Of a DNA stretch of 64,000 bases, positions 45,845-55,680 are shown piece after piece. Origin of the DNA: Candidatus Gastranaerophilales bacterium (lineage in GTDB: Bacteria; Cyanobacteriota; Vampirovibrionia; Gastranaerophilales; Gastranaerophilaceae). The DNA is taken from NCBI GenBank assembly GCA_947584965.1, contig CANPWQ010000001.1, positions 12,480 to 76,479 on the forward strand, in the 5' to 3' direction. Below the pieces are notes generated by a model. That model had not been told where the DNA came from. It did not search any database and worked only from the letters and a program-made list of their open reading frames with translations. The position numbers were made by a program, and so were the translations under genes. Each line of letters opens with the position of its first letter. Within the stretch, counting starts at the first letter, position 1.

Positions 45845-46848
45845 AATTAACTGTTTTAGGTCCGGGATGCTGGGGGTTAACTCTGGCATGGCTGTTAAAT
45901 AATAATTTTGAGCAAATAACTGTTTGGGGCAGAAAAGAAGATATAACGGATGAGCTCAGAACGTATAAAAGAACAACCAAACCGTTGACCGTTCAGCTTG
46001 ACAATAAGGTTCAAATAACCGATAACCTAAAAGAAGCAATAGATGGCGCCGAGATTATCCTTCTTGTTGTTGCTACATCGGGTATAAGACCTGTTTGTAA
46101 ACAGTTAAGAGAAGCAGGATTAAAAGATAATCAAATTCTGGTAAATCTTTCAAAAGGCTTAGAACTTCCGACATTAAAAAGGATGTCTGAGGTAATAAAA
46201 GATGAATTGCCTGATTCAAAATTAGTTATTTTATCTGGGCCTACTCTTGCAAAAGAGATACTGAACGGGTGTCCGACGGCAGCTTCTGTTGCAAGTGATG
46301 ATATGAATGCGGCAGAGTTTGTTCAAAAACATTTAAGTGTTGCTTCAAAATTCAGGTTATATACAAACTCTGATGTTATCGGCGTTGAATTAGGCGGGAG
46401 CTTGAAAAATGTAATAGCAATAGCTTCAGGCTTTGCCGATGCAATGAAACTTGGAGATAATTGCAGAGGTTCGCTTTTAACCCGCGGTATGGCGGAAATT
46501 GTTAGAGTAAGTATGGCATTAGGTGCAAACCCTGCAACATTATACGGGTTATCAGGCATGGGGGATTTAATTGCTACCTGCTCAAGTCCATTCAGCAGAA
46601 ATTTTACGGTAGGTTCAATGCTCGGACAGGGTAAAAAAATAGATGATATTTTAAATGAACTCGGTTCGGTTGCCGAGGGTGTAAAAACATCTAAAGCACT
46701 ATGCGAACTGGCTGATAAATTAGGACTTGAAGTGCCGGTTTCATCTGCTATTTATGAAGCCGTTTATACAAATATAACTCCCAATGAAGTCTTGAATAAA
46801 CTTATGAACAGAAAACTTAAGCAGGAAGATGAATATAAGTTGAAATAA
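45841..46848 (+). CDS. gpsA: NAD(P)H-dependent glycerol-3-phosphate dehydrogenase
   Basis: VLGPGCWG.., GGSLKNVIAIASG and GLSGMGDL. Confidence 0.93.
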   Translation: MKLTVLGPGCWGLTLAWLLNNNFEQITVWGRKEDITDELRTYKRTTKPLTVQLDNKVQITDNLKEAIDGAEIILLVVATSGIRPVCKQLREAGLKDNQILVNLSKGLELPTLKRMSEVIKDELPDSKLVILSGPTLAKEILNGCPTAASVASDDMNAAEFVQKHLSVASKFRLYTNSDVIGVELGGSLKNVIAIASGFADAMKLGDNCRGSLLTRGMAEIVRVSMALGANPATLYGLSGMGDLIATCSSPFSRNFTVGSMLGQGKKIDDILNELGSVAEGVKTSKALCELADKLGLEVPVSSAIYEAVYTNITPNEVLNKLMNRKLKQEDEYKLK

Positions 46849-46859
46849 GGGTTAACATC

Positions 46860-48455
46860 TTGAATAATATTGAAAATAAAAGCGGATATTTAGAATTAAT
46901 TGACAAAGGACAAAAATATAATAAAGAACAAAATTATAAAGAGGAAATTAAAACATACAGATTAATCTTAAGTCTATATGAAAAAGAGATTTCTTCTATA
47001 CAACTGGCAGGTTTATATATAAAACTTGCGAATGCTTATTATAATAAAAAGGATAATGAAAAAGCCGCGTATTATTATGAAGAATATTTGAAATTATATC
47101 CCGAAGGACAGGCAAGTGTTTTTGGCAGATTAGCCCACGCATATTATTATACAGACATTGATAAATGTATAGATTATCATAATAAAGCGTTAAATATTGA
47201 AGTAAATACTTACGATTCGGCAAATAAATTATTTGCCATGATTAAATCTTGTTATTATACTCAAACTGAAATCAAAGAAGAAGCCGAATTTGAAGCTGAT
47301 ATAATAAGAAATACATTATATAAAGATATAAAAAAATATAGTCATGAGAATAAGAAAAAAAAGAATACAGGAAAATTGAATATAGGTTATTTGTCATCAG
47401 ATTGTTATCAACATACCATGATGAATTATATTATGCCGATATGGGAAAACCATAATAGAGAAGAATTTAATATAACCATATTTAACGGTACTGAAAAGCA
47501 CGACAGTACAACGGATAAAATTGAAAAATTGGGGTACAAAATAATTCCTTGTGCAAAAACGGATAACAAAGAACTGGCAAAAGCAATATACGATGAAGAT
47601 ATTGATATTCTTATAGATTTGGGCGGATTTACACATTTAAAGTCATACTGTGCATTTTATAAGCCGGCTCCGATAATAATATCTTATTTAGGATATATAA
47701 ATACAATGGGAATAAAGGAATTTGATTACATATTAACTGACAGATACACAATTCCCGAGGAGTGTGCTGATTTATATACGGAAAAACCACTTTATTTGGA
47801 TAACGGATATACCCTTTTATCAGGAAAGGACTTTTCGGAACCCCAAACTCCTGCGCCAATAACAGAAAACGGATATGTAATTTACGGAAGTTATAATTGT
47901 ACTTCTAAAATGAGTGATGCTGTTTTGCATATCTGGTCAAAGATATTGGAAAAAAATAAAACAGCAAAATTGCTAATATACAGGACTCAGTTAAATTTGA
48001 GTAAAATAAACTATTTAAAAAGAAGAATGAGAAAATGGGGAATAGATTTAGAAAGAGTTATATTTGATACCAAATATACAAATCCGTTTAATATGGCATA
48101 TTCCAAAGCAGATATTGCATTAGATACATATCCTTTCGGAGGAATGACAATATGTGCCGAAGCAGCATTGATGGGAGTTCCTACAATAACATTAACAGGC
48201 GAAGGAATGCAGACAAAAGGTGCGGGAAGAATAAATGAAGAAATCGGAATGAGCGAATTAAATGCAAAAACAGGTGATGAATATATAAATAAAGCTGTTG
48301 AATTGGGTAATAATGCCAAAAAAATAGCTGAGTTAAGACAAACTCTGCGGAAACTTATTGAAAAAAATATATTGCAAAAAGATGCGGTTAGATTTACACG
48401 CAATCTTGAAGACAAGTATAAACAAATTTGGAATGAATTTATAAATAGTCCTTAA
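46860..48455 (+). CDS. TPR repeat protein fused to a GT41 (O-GlcNAc-transferase/SPY-like) domain
   Basis: N-terminal TPRs (YIKLANAYYNKKDNEKAAYYYEEYLKLYP). C-terminal LNIGYLSSDCYQHTMMNYIMP.., DIDILIDLGGFT and ALDTYPFGGMTICAEAALMGVP. Confidence 0.75.
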   Translation: MNNIENKSGYLELIDKGQKYNKEQNYKEEIKTYRLILSLYEKEISSIQLAGLYIKLANAYYNKKDNEKAAYYYEEYLKLYPEGQASVFGRLAHAYYYTDIDKCIDYHNKALNIEVNTYDSANKLFAMIKSCYYTQTEIKEEAEFEADIIRNTLYKDIKKYSHENKKKKNTGKLNIGYLSSDCYQHTMMNYIMPIWENHNREEFNITIFNGTEKHDSTTDKIEKLGYKIIPCAKTDNKELAKAIYDEDIDILIDLGGFTHLKSYCAFYKPAPIIISYLGYINTMGIKEFDYILTDRYTIPEECADLYTEKPLYLDNGYTLLSGKDFSEPQTPAPITENGYVIYGSYNCTSKMSDAVLHIWSKILEKNKTAKLLIYRTQLNLSKINYLKRRMRKWGIDLERVIFDTKYTNPFNMAYSKADIALDTYPFGGMTICAEAALMGVPTITLTGEGMQTKGAGRINEEIGMSELNAKTGDEYINKAVELGNNAKKIAELRQTLRKLIEKNILQKDAVRFTRNLEDKYKQIWNEFINSP

Positions 48456-48828
48456 ATTCTTTTTTAACAATATTAAAACCGCAGCCGTCAATCATTTGTG
48501 CGTTAAATGATATACTTTTGGCGGGATAATTTCGGCAAACTTTTGGTCTTATATTATAGACAGAGCATTTTCCGTCATCCGTAAGATATTTACAGGATAA
48601 AATAAAATTACCTTCATTATCTTTTCCTGTTATAAAAAATCTTTTATAATGCGGAAGAATAAATTGCATAAACTTTAATTCGGTGTTATTTCTAAGTCCA
48701 AAACATCTTATTTGACGGCAGCATTTTCCGCACTTTAAACATTTTCCCTCTATTTTGTATTTTACTTTCTGCGGAACAAAATAAGACATAAATTCAAAAA
48801 TGCAGGATTTTATAAAATCAAAAGACAT
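48439..48828 (-). CDS. YkgJ-family cysteine-cluster protein (UPF0153)
   Basis: CLKCGKCCRQ plus downstream C..C..C residues. Confidence 0.7.
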   Translation of the reverse strand: MSFDFIKSCIFEFMSYFVPQKVKYKIEGKCLKCGKCCRQIRCFGLRNNTELKFMQFILPHYKRFFITGKDNEGNFILSCKYLTDDGKCSVYNIRPKVCRNYPAKSISFNAQMIDGCGFNIVKKEFKDYL

Positions 48829-48897
48829 TTGTTAACAATTCCGTTAAAAAAATTATTTATTTGATAAAATAATATCATAATAAACAAGAGGAATGAA

Positions 48898-50970
48898 ATG
48901 CCAAAGAAAAATAAAAAAGAAAATCCGATACTATTTTTATTTAAAATGATGTTTATTATTGGAACGGCATTAATTCTTGCATTTTATTTTTCCGTAAAAA
49001 CTTATCTTGATAGTTTAGGTCCGATTCCTCAATTAAAAGATTATAATCGAAATATCGTAACTCAAATTTATTCGTCTGATAATAAATTAATAAAAACTTT
49101 CCAGCCGTTTCATTATGAGGAAGCAAAAATTAATGAAATTCCGAAATATTTAAAAGATGCAATAATTTCAACGGAAGATAAAAACTTTTATACCCATGAC
49201 GGATATGATATTTTCGGCATAATACGTTCTATGATAGTAAACGTAATTAATAAGCGGGCATCGCAGGGTGCAAGTACAATAACACAGCAATTAGCAAGAA
49301 TACTTTTTCTTTCTAACGAAAAAACATATATAAGAAAAATAAAAGAAATACAAATAGCAGCCAGAATAGAAAAAACAATATCGAAAGATAAAATACTTGA
49401 GATGTATTTAAATAATGTATATTTAGGCTCGGGGGCGTACGGGGTAGGAGCAGCGGCTTCCACATATTTTAATAAGAGTTTAAAGGAACTTACGCTGGCA
49501 GAATGTGCATTAATTGCAGGATTGCCTCAAGCTCCGTCGCAGTATTCTCCGTATAAAAATATCAAGAAAGCTCAAAAGCGCAGAAATAAAGTTTTAAAGC
49601 GTATGTATATAATGAAAACCATAACAAAAAAACAATATGAAGCAGCTTTAAAAGAAGAAATAACTCTGAGCAAGAAACCCGGATTAGCAAGAACAAATAT
49701 TGCACCGTATTTTATAGATTATGTAATGCGTGAGCTTGAAGAATTAGGTTTTGATGAAACAGAAATATCGCATGGCGGATATAAAATTACGACAACACTT
49801 GATTATAATGCGCAAGTTGCTGCAAATAATGCTATTGAAAAAACAATGGCGGCATGGAAGCTCACAAAGCCGAAACACCAAGCTGCATTATTCAGTTTTT
49901 CGCCAATGACAGGCGGAATTATTGCATATTGCGGCGGGAAAGATTATATTGAAAGTCAATACGACAGAGTAACTCAAGCAATAAGACCTCCAGGCTCCTC
50001 ATTTAAACCAATAGTATATACAACGGCAATAATGAAAGGATACACTCCGACGGATATGGTTGAGGATACTCCCGTTACGGTGGGTAAATGGAGTCCGCAT
50101 AACTACGGTAATAAATATAGAGGCAAAATGCCTTTATATAAAGCACTTGCAATTTCATCAAATGTTGTTGCCGTTAAATTAATTAAGGATATTGGTGCTC
50201 CTGCGGTTATAGAAACTGCAAAAACACTGGGTATTACAACTCCATTGACTAATGATTTAACCATTGCACTTGGTTCAAACGGGGTTAAACTATATGATAT
50301 GGTAGTAGCATACGGCAACTTTGCAAACGGAGGATATAAAGTTCAACCTTATGCAATTGAAAAAATAGAAACTCAAAGAGGAAGAATAATATATCAGGCA
50401 AAAAGAACAAAGATAACAAAGACGCTTGATAAGAACACAGCAGGAATTATGACTGCAATGCTTAGAAAAGTTATCACATCAGGTACGGGTAAAGGTGCTG
50501 ATATAGGTAAACCTATGGGAGGTAAAACGGGTACTACCAATGATAATAAAGACGCTTGGTTTATAGGTTATACTCCCGATATTGTTACGGGTGTATTTAT
50601 GGGTAATGATGATAATACCAGTATCGGCTTGACAGGAGGAAGCGCACCTGCTCGAATTTGGAAAGAAATGATGAAAGTTGCAACAGAAAAATACGGTAAT
50701 ACGGAATTTGATTATGATGTTGTTAATTTAACACCTTCGTATGAACAAACTTCAAATGAAGACGAGGCGGAGGAAGATGCCGAGAATGCAGAAGAAGAAA
50801 ATAATACGGAGCAACCAACCCGTGAGATAATTCCTGCCCCTAAAAGAGAAAATACTTCAACCGAAAACTTTAATTCTATTCCCGTGCAGTTAAACGAAAA
50901 TATTTCCAAAGGCAGAAAATCCGTTCAAGAACAAGCCCAAAAGCCGGTTTCGGATATCAAGACAGAATAG
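48898..50970 (+). CDS. mrcA: class A penicillin-binding protein (bifunctional glycosyltransferase/transpeptidase)
   Basis: GT51 motifs EDKNFYTHDGYD and GASTITQQLAR. Transpeptidase motifs SSFKP, SSN and GKTGTT. Acidic C-terminal tail. Confidence 0.93.
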   Translation: MPKKNKKENPILFLFKMMFIIGTALILAFYFSVKTYLDSLGPIPQLKDYNRNIVTQIYSSDNKLIKTFQPFHYEEAKINEIPKYLKDAIISTEDKNFYTHDGYDIFGIIRSMIVNVINKRASQGASTITQQLARILFLSNEKTYIRKIKEIQIAARIEKTISKDKILEMYLNNVYLGSGAYGVGAAASTYFNKSLKELTLAECALIAGLPQAPSQYSPYKNIKKAQKRRNKVLKRMYIMKTITKKQYEAALKEEITLSKKPGLARTNIAPYFIDYVMRELEELGFDETEISHGGYKITTTLDYNAQVAANNAIEKTMAAWKLTKPKHQAALFSFSPMTGGIIAYCGGKDYIESQYDRVTQAIRPPGSSFKPIVYTTAIMKGYTPTDMVEDTPVTVGKWSPHNYGNKYRGKMPLYKALAISSNVVAVKLIKDIGAPAVIETAKTLGITTPLTNDLTIALGSNGVKLYDMVVAYGNFANGGYKVQPYAIEKIETQRGRIIYQAKRTKITKTLDKNTAGIMTAMLRKVITSGTGKGADIGKPMGGKTGTTNDNKDAWFIGYTPDIVTGVFMGNDDNTSIGLTGGSAPARIWKEMMKVATEKYGNTEFDYDVVNLTPSYEQTSNEDEAEEDAENAEEENNTEQPTREIIPAPKRENTSTENFNSIPVQLNENISKGRKSVQEQAQKPVSDIKTE

Positions 50971-50974
50971 AAAA

Positions 50975-51694
50975 TTAAAAAAAGTTTAATTTTGAAATTT
51001 TCATTCTGAATAAGTCTTCTAAATCAATACCGTTCAATATCTCATTAATAAGTGCGGAGGAATTTACGCTTTTACCTTTAAAGTTTCTGATAAGCCCTAA
51101 AACTTTTGCATCGGAATATTGTTCAATAAGAGTGGGAAACGATTTAATTTCTTTACTCTCGGAATATACGGAGAATTTATTAATAATAACGCCTAATATA
51201 TTAATACCAATAGTTTTTGCAGTGTTAATTTCGTTTAAATAATGATTAACATTATCATTTGACGGATTAACAATAAAAGCAACGGGAAGTTTGAGTTCAA
51301 GGGGTATATGATAATTAAATAATGCTTTATTTAAAGGCATCATCAGCCCGCCCGTGGATTCTACTATTAAAGTATCAGTTTTTTTTGATAACAGTTTGTA
51401 GTCAGAATTAATTTCTTCAAGATTAATATCAAGTTTTTCTTCTTCACAAATAACTGCGGGGCTGACTTTTTCATTTATCATATAAGTGGAATGAGTAATA
51501 ATATAAGGATCTAAAAGTTTAACAAATTTTAAATCAGGTGATAAAAGGTAATCACCTTTTTTTAAAGCACCTATTTGTATGGGTTTATATACGCCTGTTT
51601 TATATCCAAAAGACTGCATAACAGCGGCAATACCTGCTGAAATAAAAGTTTTGCCGTCTCCGTTATTTATTGAACTTATGAATATATTATTCAT
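50975..51694 (-). CDS. bioD: dethiobiotin synthase (probable)
   Basis: P-loop-like ISSINNGDGKTFISAGI, E(S)TGGL and typical length. Confidence 0.75.
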   Translation of the reverse strand: MNNIFISSINNGDGKTFISAGIAAVMQSFGYKTGVYKPIQIGALKKGDYLLSPDLKFVKLLDPYIITHSTYMINEKVSPAVICEEEKLDINLEEINSDYKLLSKKTDTLIVESTGGLMMPLNKALFNYHIPLELKLPVAFIVNPSNDNVNHYLNEINTAKTIGINILGVIINKFSVYSESKEIKSFPTLIEQYSDAKVLGLIRNFKGKSVNSSALINEILNGIDLEDLFRMKISKLNFF

Positions 51695-51787
51695 ACCAAT
51701 GATTATATCAAATTTGCTTTAAGCCGCTTCATTCATAAGGTGTAAATGCTAATTGTATTTTTTTTTGAAAACTATTAAACTATAAAT

Positions 51788-52339
51788 ATGGGAAAAATAA
51801 TAAGAGCAATATTTTTTATACTGATATTAATATTTGTTTCATTAGAGATAAAAGCAGAGGAAATAACACAAGAGCAGACGCTCAGGGCGGGTACTTTTAT
51901 TAAAGTAATTAATCTTGCGGAATTTTCAACCTTAACTTCTGATATAGACGATGAAGTAATATTTTTAAATACTCAGGATATGTATTTATATGAAACAAAT
52001 ATAATTCCTGAAAATACCAAAATATATGGGGAAGTGGAAGATGTTTTAGAACCTGTTGAAGGACGTGACGGAGCAATAAAAATTAAAATAACAAAAATGA
52101 TAACTCCTGATAAAAAGGTGTATAAAATAAAAGGTCATATTTATAGTGATAATGGTAATTATTTAGGCGGAAAAGAAACACTCCCCGTATATTACAGAAA
52201 AGTTCCGCATTATACACAAAGATTGCGCCCTATGTTAAAGGCTGTACCCTTGAATGTTCCCGAAATGGGTAAACATACGGTTATAAAACCCGGTGCAGAA
52301 CTTTTTGTTATAATAGAGGAAGATATTAAAGCAAAATAA
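51788..52339 (+). CDS. secreted hypothetical protein (distant paralogue of the next gene)
   Basis: Signal peptide IFFILILIFVSLEIKA; shared core ..D.VIF....D.Y.....I...T...G... Confidence 0.65.
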   Translation: MGKIIRAIFFILILIFVSLEIKAEEITQEQTLRAGTFIKVINLAEFSTLTSDIDDEVIFLNTQDMYLYETNIIPENTKIYGEVEDVLEPVEGRDGAIKIKITKMITPDKKVYKIKGHIYSDNGNYLGGKETLPVYYRKVPHYTQRLRPMLKAVPLNVPEMGKHTVIKPGAELFVIIEEDIKAK

Positions 52340-52350
52340 AAAGGGAAAAA

Positions 52351-52845
52351 ATGAAAAAAATAACATTAATTTTAATAAGCATGTTAATGATGTCATTAAA
52401 TGCATATTCTCAAGACGGATATAAAATACAGGGCTATAATGCCGAAAACTCTGCCAATGAAGAATTAACCGGAGAAAAATTAATGCCTGCCAATTCAAAT
52501 ATTGAGGTAATGGCGTTAAATACAATAAGCAGTGAATATGTAAAAAAAGGAGATAAAGTAATATTTTATCTCCCGACAGATTTATATTACGGAAAAAATC
52601 TTATAGCTCCTGTCGGAACAAGAGTTAACGGAATAATAATATATATAACAAATGCGACAGGTAAAAAAACGGGAAGTTTGAAGTTAAGATTTAGTTCTAT
52701 GGTGACTCCTAACGGGCAAGTAATACCTGTATCAGCCGAATATTCTAATAATGCGGACAGTGGTAATATTATAATTAAACAAAATGAAAAAATAAATATA
52801 ACAATAAACCAACCGATAACTATTATTTCTAATACTCCTTATTAG
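52351..52845 (+). CDS. secreted hypothetical protein
   Basis: Signal peptide MKKITLILISMLMMSLNAYS. Same core pattern as 51788-52339. Confidence 0.65.
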   Translation: MKKITLILISMLMMSLNAYSQDGYKIQGYNAENSANEELTGEKLMPANSNIEVMALNTISSEYVKKGDKVIFYLPTDLYYGKNLIAPVGTRVNGIIIYITNATGKKTGSLKLRFSSMVTPNGQVIPVSAEYSNNADSGNIIIKQNEKINITINQPITIISNTPY

Positions 52846-52913
52846 ATAGTAAACAGGCTATTTGTTTTATTATAAATTTTTTGATAAAATAAGTATCAAA
52901 TGGGATTTGAGGG

Positions 52914-54092
52914 ATGTCAATAATAAAAAACGATGATTATATAAAAACTGCAAAAAATAGTAAGCAAAGATATGAAATACCAGCAGTATTAAGAAAAGAA
53001 AAGGATGAAATATCTTTTGAAAAAGCATTAATAGCCGCATTAATACTTCATCCTTTAGTGATATTGGTTTTATTATTAACGTCATTTATTTTGCAATTAT
53101 TGGGGATAAATTTGGATATATTCAAAAAACCGGAATTAAAACCCAAAGATATAGAGTTTGTGCTTGTAGAAAAAGAAGCACCGCCAATTGATAAAAAAAC
53201 AAAATACAGAGCAGACAAAAATTCAAGAGCAGGAGGGAAGCATGATCCGAAACGTAAAGTTTCTATGCCACAGGCTCCTGCACCTAAAGGACCGGAGAAA
53301 AAACCAAGTTCGCCTGCTCCGCAAAAACCGTCAGTTCCGAAACAGCAAGCGAAACCACAACCTGAGCAAACTCCTAAAACTCAAGCAAAACCTGCTGCAC
53401 CTCAGCAAACAGCACCGAAGCAGACACCTGCGCCTAAAGCGCCGGCACCAAAACCTGCTCCGTCACCTGTAATGCCAAAACCAACAGCGAAACCAAATTC
53501 AAACTTTAATATACCGATACCAAAATCGGCAATACCAAAAATAGCACAGCCGACAGCCCCTGTTACATCATCGCCGAGCGGCGGTTCAGCGGCAGGCGGA
53601 GCCAAAAGCGGGACAGGTGCGTCACCTGCACCTAAGTTCTCGCCCGTAACTTCGGGAAAAAGCGGTTCTGCAGGAGGCACCGGAACAGGCGCGGGAGGCG
53701 GCGGAAGATTTAGTAACGCCACAGGTTCGGGTTCCGGTAATGTCGGTAACCCCGGACCCGGTAATCCTAAAGGCGCGCCGGGTATTGATGCAATAAAAGA
53801 ACCTGATTTCGGACCTTATATGAAAGAACTTCAAAGACGTATAAAAATGAACTGGGATCCGCCTAAAGGAAATGAAAGCAAACGTGTAATATTGTTATTC
53901 TCAATTGCCCGCGATGGAAGATTGTTAAATGTAAAAGTTCATCGTTCATCGGGATTGCCTGCGGCAGATAATGCGGCAATAGATGCAGTAAAACTTACGG
54001 CTCCTTTTAGACCGTTGCCGCCCGAATTTAAAGGCAACAGCGTTGATATTCAATTTACTTTCGATTACAACGTGTTTGGAGTTTCGGGATAA
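52914..54092 (+). CDS. tonB: TonB-like energy transducer with a long Pro-rich and Gly-rich linker
   Basis: One TM segment, then a (P/A/K/Q)-rich stretch, then a G/S-rich stretch. The C-terminus has the TonB fold pattern (YMKELQRRIKMNWDPP..RVILLFSIARDGRLLNVKVHRSSG..AD.AAIDAV). Confidence 0.85.
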   Translation: MSIIKNDDYIKTAKNSKQRYEIPAVLRKEKDEISFEKALIAALILHPLVILVLLLTSFILQLLGINLDIFKKPELKPKDIEFVLVEKEAPPIDKKTKYRADKNSRAGGKHDPKRKVSMPQAPAPKGPEKKPSSPAPQKPSVPKQQAKPQPEQTPKTQAKPAAPQQTAPKQTPAPKAPAPKPAPSPVMPKPTAKPNSNFNIPIPKSAIPKIAQPTAPVTSSPSGGSAAGGAKSGTGASPAPKFSPVTSGKSGSAGGTGTGAGGGGRFSNATGSGSGNVGNPGPGNPKGAPGIDAIKEPDFGPYMKELQRRIKMNWDPPKGNESKRVILLFSIARDGRLLNVKVHRSSGLPAADNAAIDAVKLTAPFRPLPPEFKGNSVDIQFTFDYNVFGVSG

Positions 54093-54124
54093 GATAAAAA
54101 ATAATTAGAAAAGAGGAAATAACT

Positions 54125-54760
54125 ATGGATTTATTATTACATTCAATTCAAATGGACTGGCCTGTACTGCTTCCGATTTTATTATGCTCAATATTGACAG
54201 TTGCCGTTGCAATTAACAGGTTCAGTTTTTACAACAAAAATAAAAGAGATGTTGTAAAGTTTATCAGAGGGTTAAAATCAGAATTAGTCAGTAACAGACT
54301 TGACGCAGCCAAAAATTTAAGTATTCAATTAGGCGGTGTTATAGGTGAAGTTTCCGAAGAAGCAGTAAGAATATTTTCGGAGCAAAAACAAGGATTTTCA
54401 CGTTCATTTGATATATCTGCAAATTTAGCTACAAGAAAATTGGAAAAATATTTAACTATCTTAGGTACGGTAGGCGGAGTTTGCCCTTTCTTAGGTTTGT
54501 TTGGTACTGTTGTAAGAATACTTTATACATTCCAAGACTTAGCATCACAAGGTAATCAATCGGCAGCAGTTGCAATGGGTATAGGTTCTGCTTTGATTGC
54601 AACAGCATTCGGGTTAGGCGTTGCTATTGTTGCGGTTGTTCTTTATAACTTATTCCAATCAACGGTTAAAAGATATGAGGATGATTTCCAATTAATAAAA
54701 TTATTATTCTTAAGTTTCACGGATTCTGAAGAAAAATTACAGAAAAAAGCATTAGTATAG
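54125..54760 (+). CDS. exbB: MotA/TolQ/ExbB proton channel protein
   Basis: LGTVGGVCPFLGLFGTV and GIGSALIATAFGLGVAIVAVVLYN. Confidence 0.9.
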   Translation: MDLLLHSIQMDWPVLLPILLCSILTVAVAINRFSFYNKNKRDVVKFIRGLKSELVSNRLDAAKNLSIQLGGVIGEVSEEAVRIFSEQKQGFSRSFDISANLATRKLEKYLTILGTVGGVCPFLGLFGTVVRILYTFQDLASQGNQSAAVAMGIGSALIATAFGLGVAIVAVVLYNLFQSTVKRYEDDFQLIKLLFLSFTDSEEKLQKKALV

Positions 54761-54770
54761 GAAAAATATA

Positions 54771-55277
54771 ATGGCATTTTCACGTTCTGACAATAAAAAA
54801 GGATTATTTACCGAAATAAATATAACGCCTTTAACGGATATTTTTCTGGTATTGTTGATTATAATGATGGTTATAGCACCGTCTTTTCAATCCATAGATA
54901 CTGATATAAATATCCCTGAGATTAACAGCGGAGTTTCGGTAGAACAAAAGAATGCGGAAATTTCCGTAACAAAACAGGGAAATTATTATATAAACGGCAG
55001 ACCAATCAGTTCCACTGCGTTATTGGATGAGTTAGTTAACTTGAAACCTTCGCTTGAAAAAGCAGAGGTTGTTGTAAAAGCCGATACTCAAACAAAAAGC
55101 AGTGAAATACAAAATATAATGAAAGCTGCGCAGGCCGCAGAATATGAAAAACTGATTATTGCAGGTGAACCTTTAACAAAAAAAGAACAAAGAAAATTGG
55201 AAAATACCAATAAACCGCAGCCTGCGCAGCCTAAAAATCAACGTAATAATACCCAAGATTACAATTGGGATGAGTAA
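54771..55277 (+). CDS. exbD: ExbD/TolR family protein
   Basis: EINITPLTDIFLVLLIIMMV. Confidence 0.9.
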   Translation: MAFSRSDNKKGLFTEINITPLTDIFLVLLIIMMVIAPSFQSIDTDINIPEINSGVSVEQKNAEISVTKQGNYYINGRPISSTALLDELVNLKPSLEKAEVVVKADTQTKSSEIQNIMKAAQAAEYEKLIIAGEPLTKKEQRKLENTNKPQPAQPKNQRNNTQDYNWDE

Positions 55278-55677
55278 GGAAAGAAAAATGTCATCACAAA
55301 GAAAAACATTTAATGAAATAAACATAACACCTTTAACGGATATATTTCTTGTATTACTGATTATAATGATGGTAATAGCACCGTTGCTAGATCAGCAGGG
55401 ATTAAATCTTGCCGTGCCGAATATGATTGAGGTTCAAGACGAAATCAAGGATTCTAAGTTAATTAAAATTTTAGTAACTGATGATGACAGGTATATACTT
55501 GGCGGTGAAGAAATAGCAGTCAATAATATAGCAGATGTTATAACAGAACAAGCAAAAGAAAACCCTGACGGATTATTAATTATGACACAAAATAATGCAA
55601 CTCATGGAGCTGTTGTTAAATTAATGGATGAGGCACGTAATTCGGGAGTTACTAATATTTCTATTACCGAATATTAG
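55270..55677 (+). CDS. exbD: ExbD/TolR family protein (second copy)
   Basis: EINITPLTDIFLVLLIIMMV repeated. Overlaps the previous gene by 8 nt. Confidence 0.9.
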   Translation: MSKERKMSSQRKTFNEINITPLTDIFLVLLIIMMVIAPLLDQQGLNLAVPNMIEVQDEIKDSKLIKILVTDDDRYILGGEEIAVNNIADVITEQAKENPDGLLIMTQNNATHGAVVKLMDEARNSGVTNISITEY

Positions 55678-55680
55678 TTT

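Noticed and set aside
53188-53834. Alternative-frame and antisense ORFs (94, 106 and 70 aa) in the TonB linker region
   Set aside because: They arise from the G/C-rich Pro/Gly-coding low-complexity DNA, which keeps several frames open. The TonB frame is supported by its TM segment and C-terminal domain.
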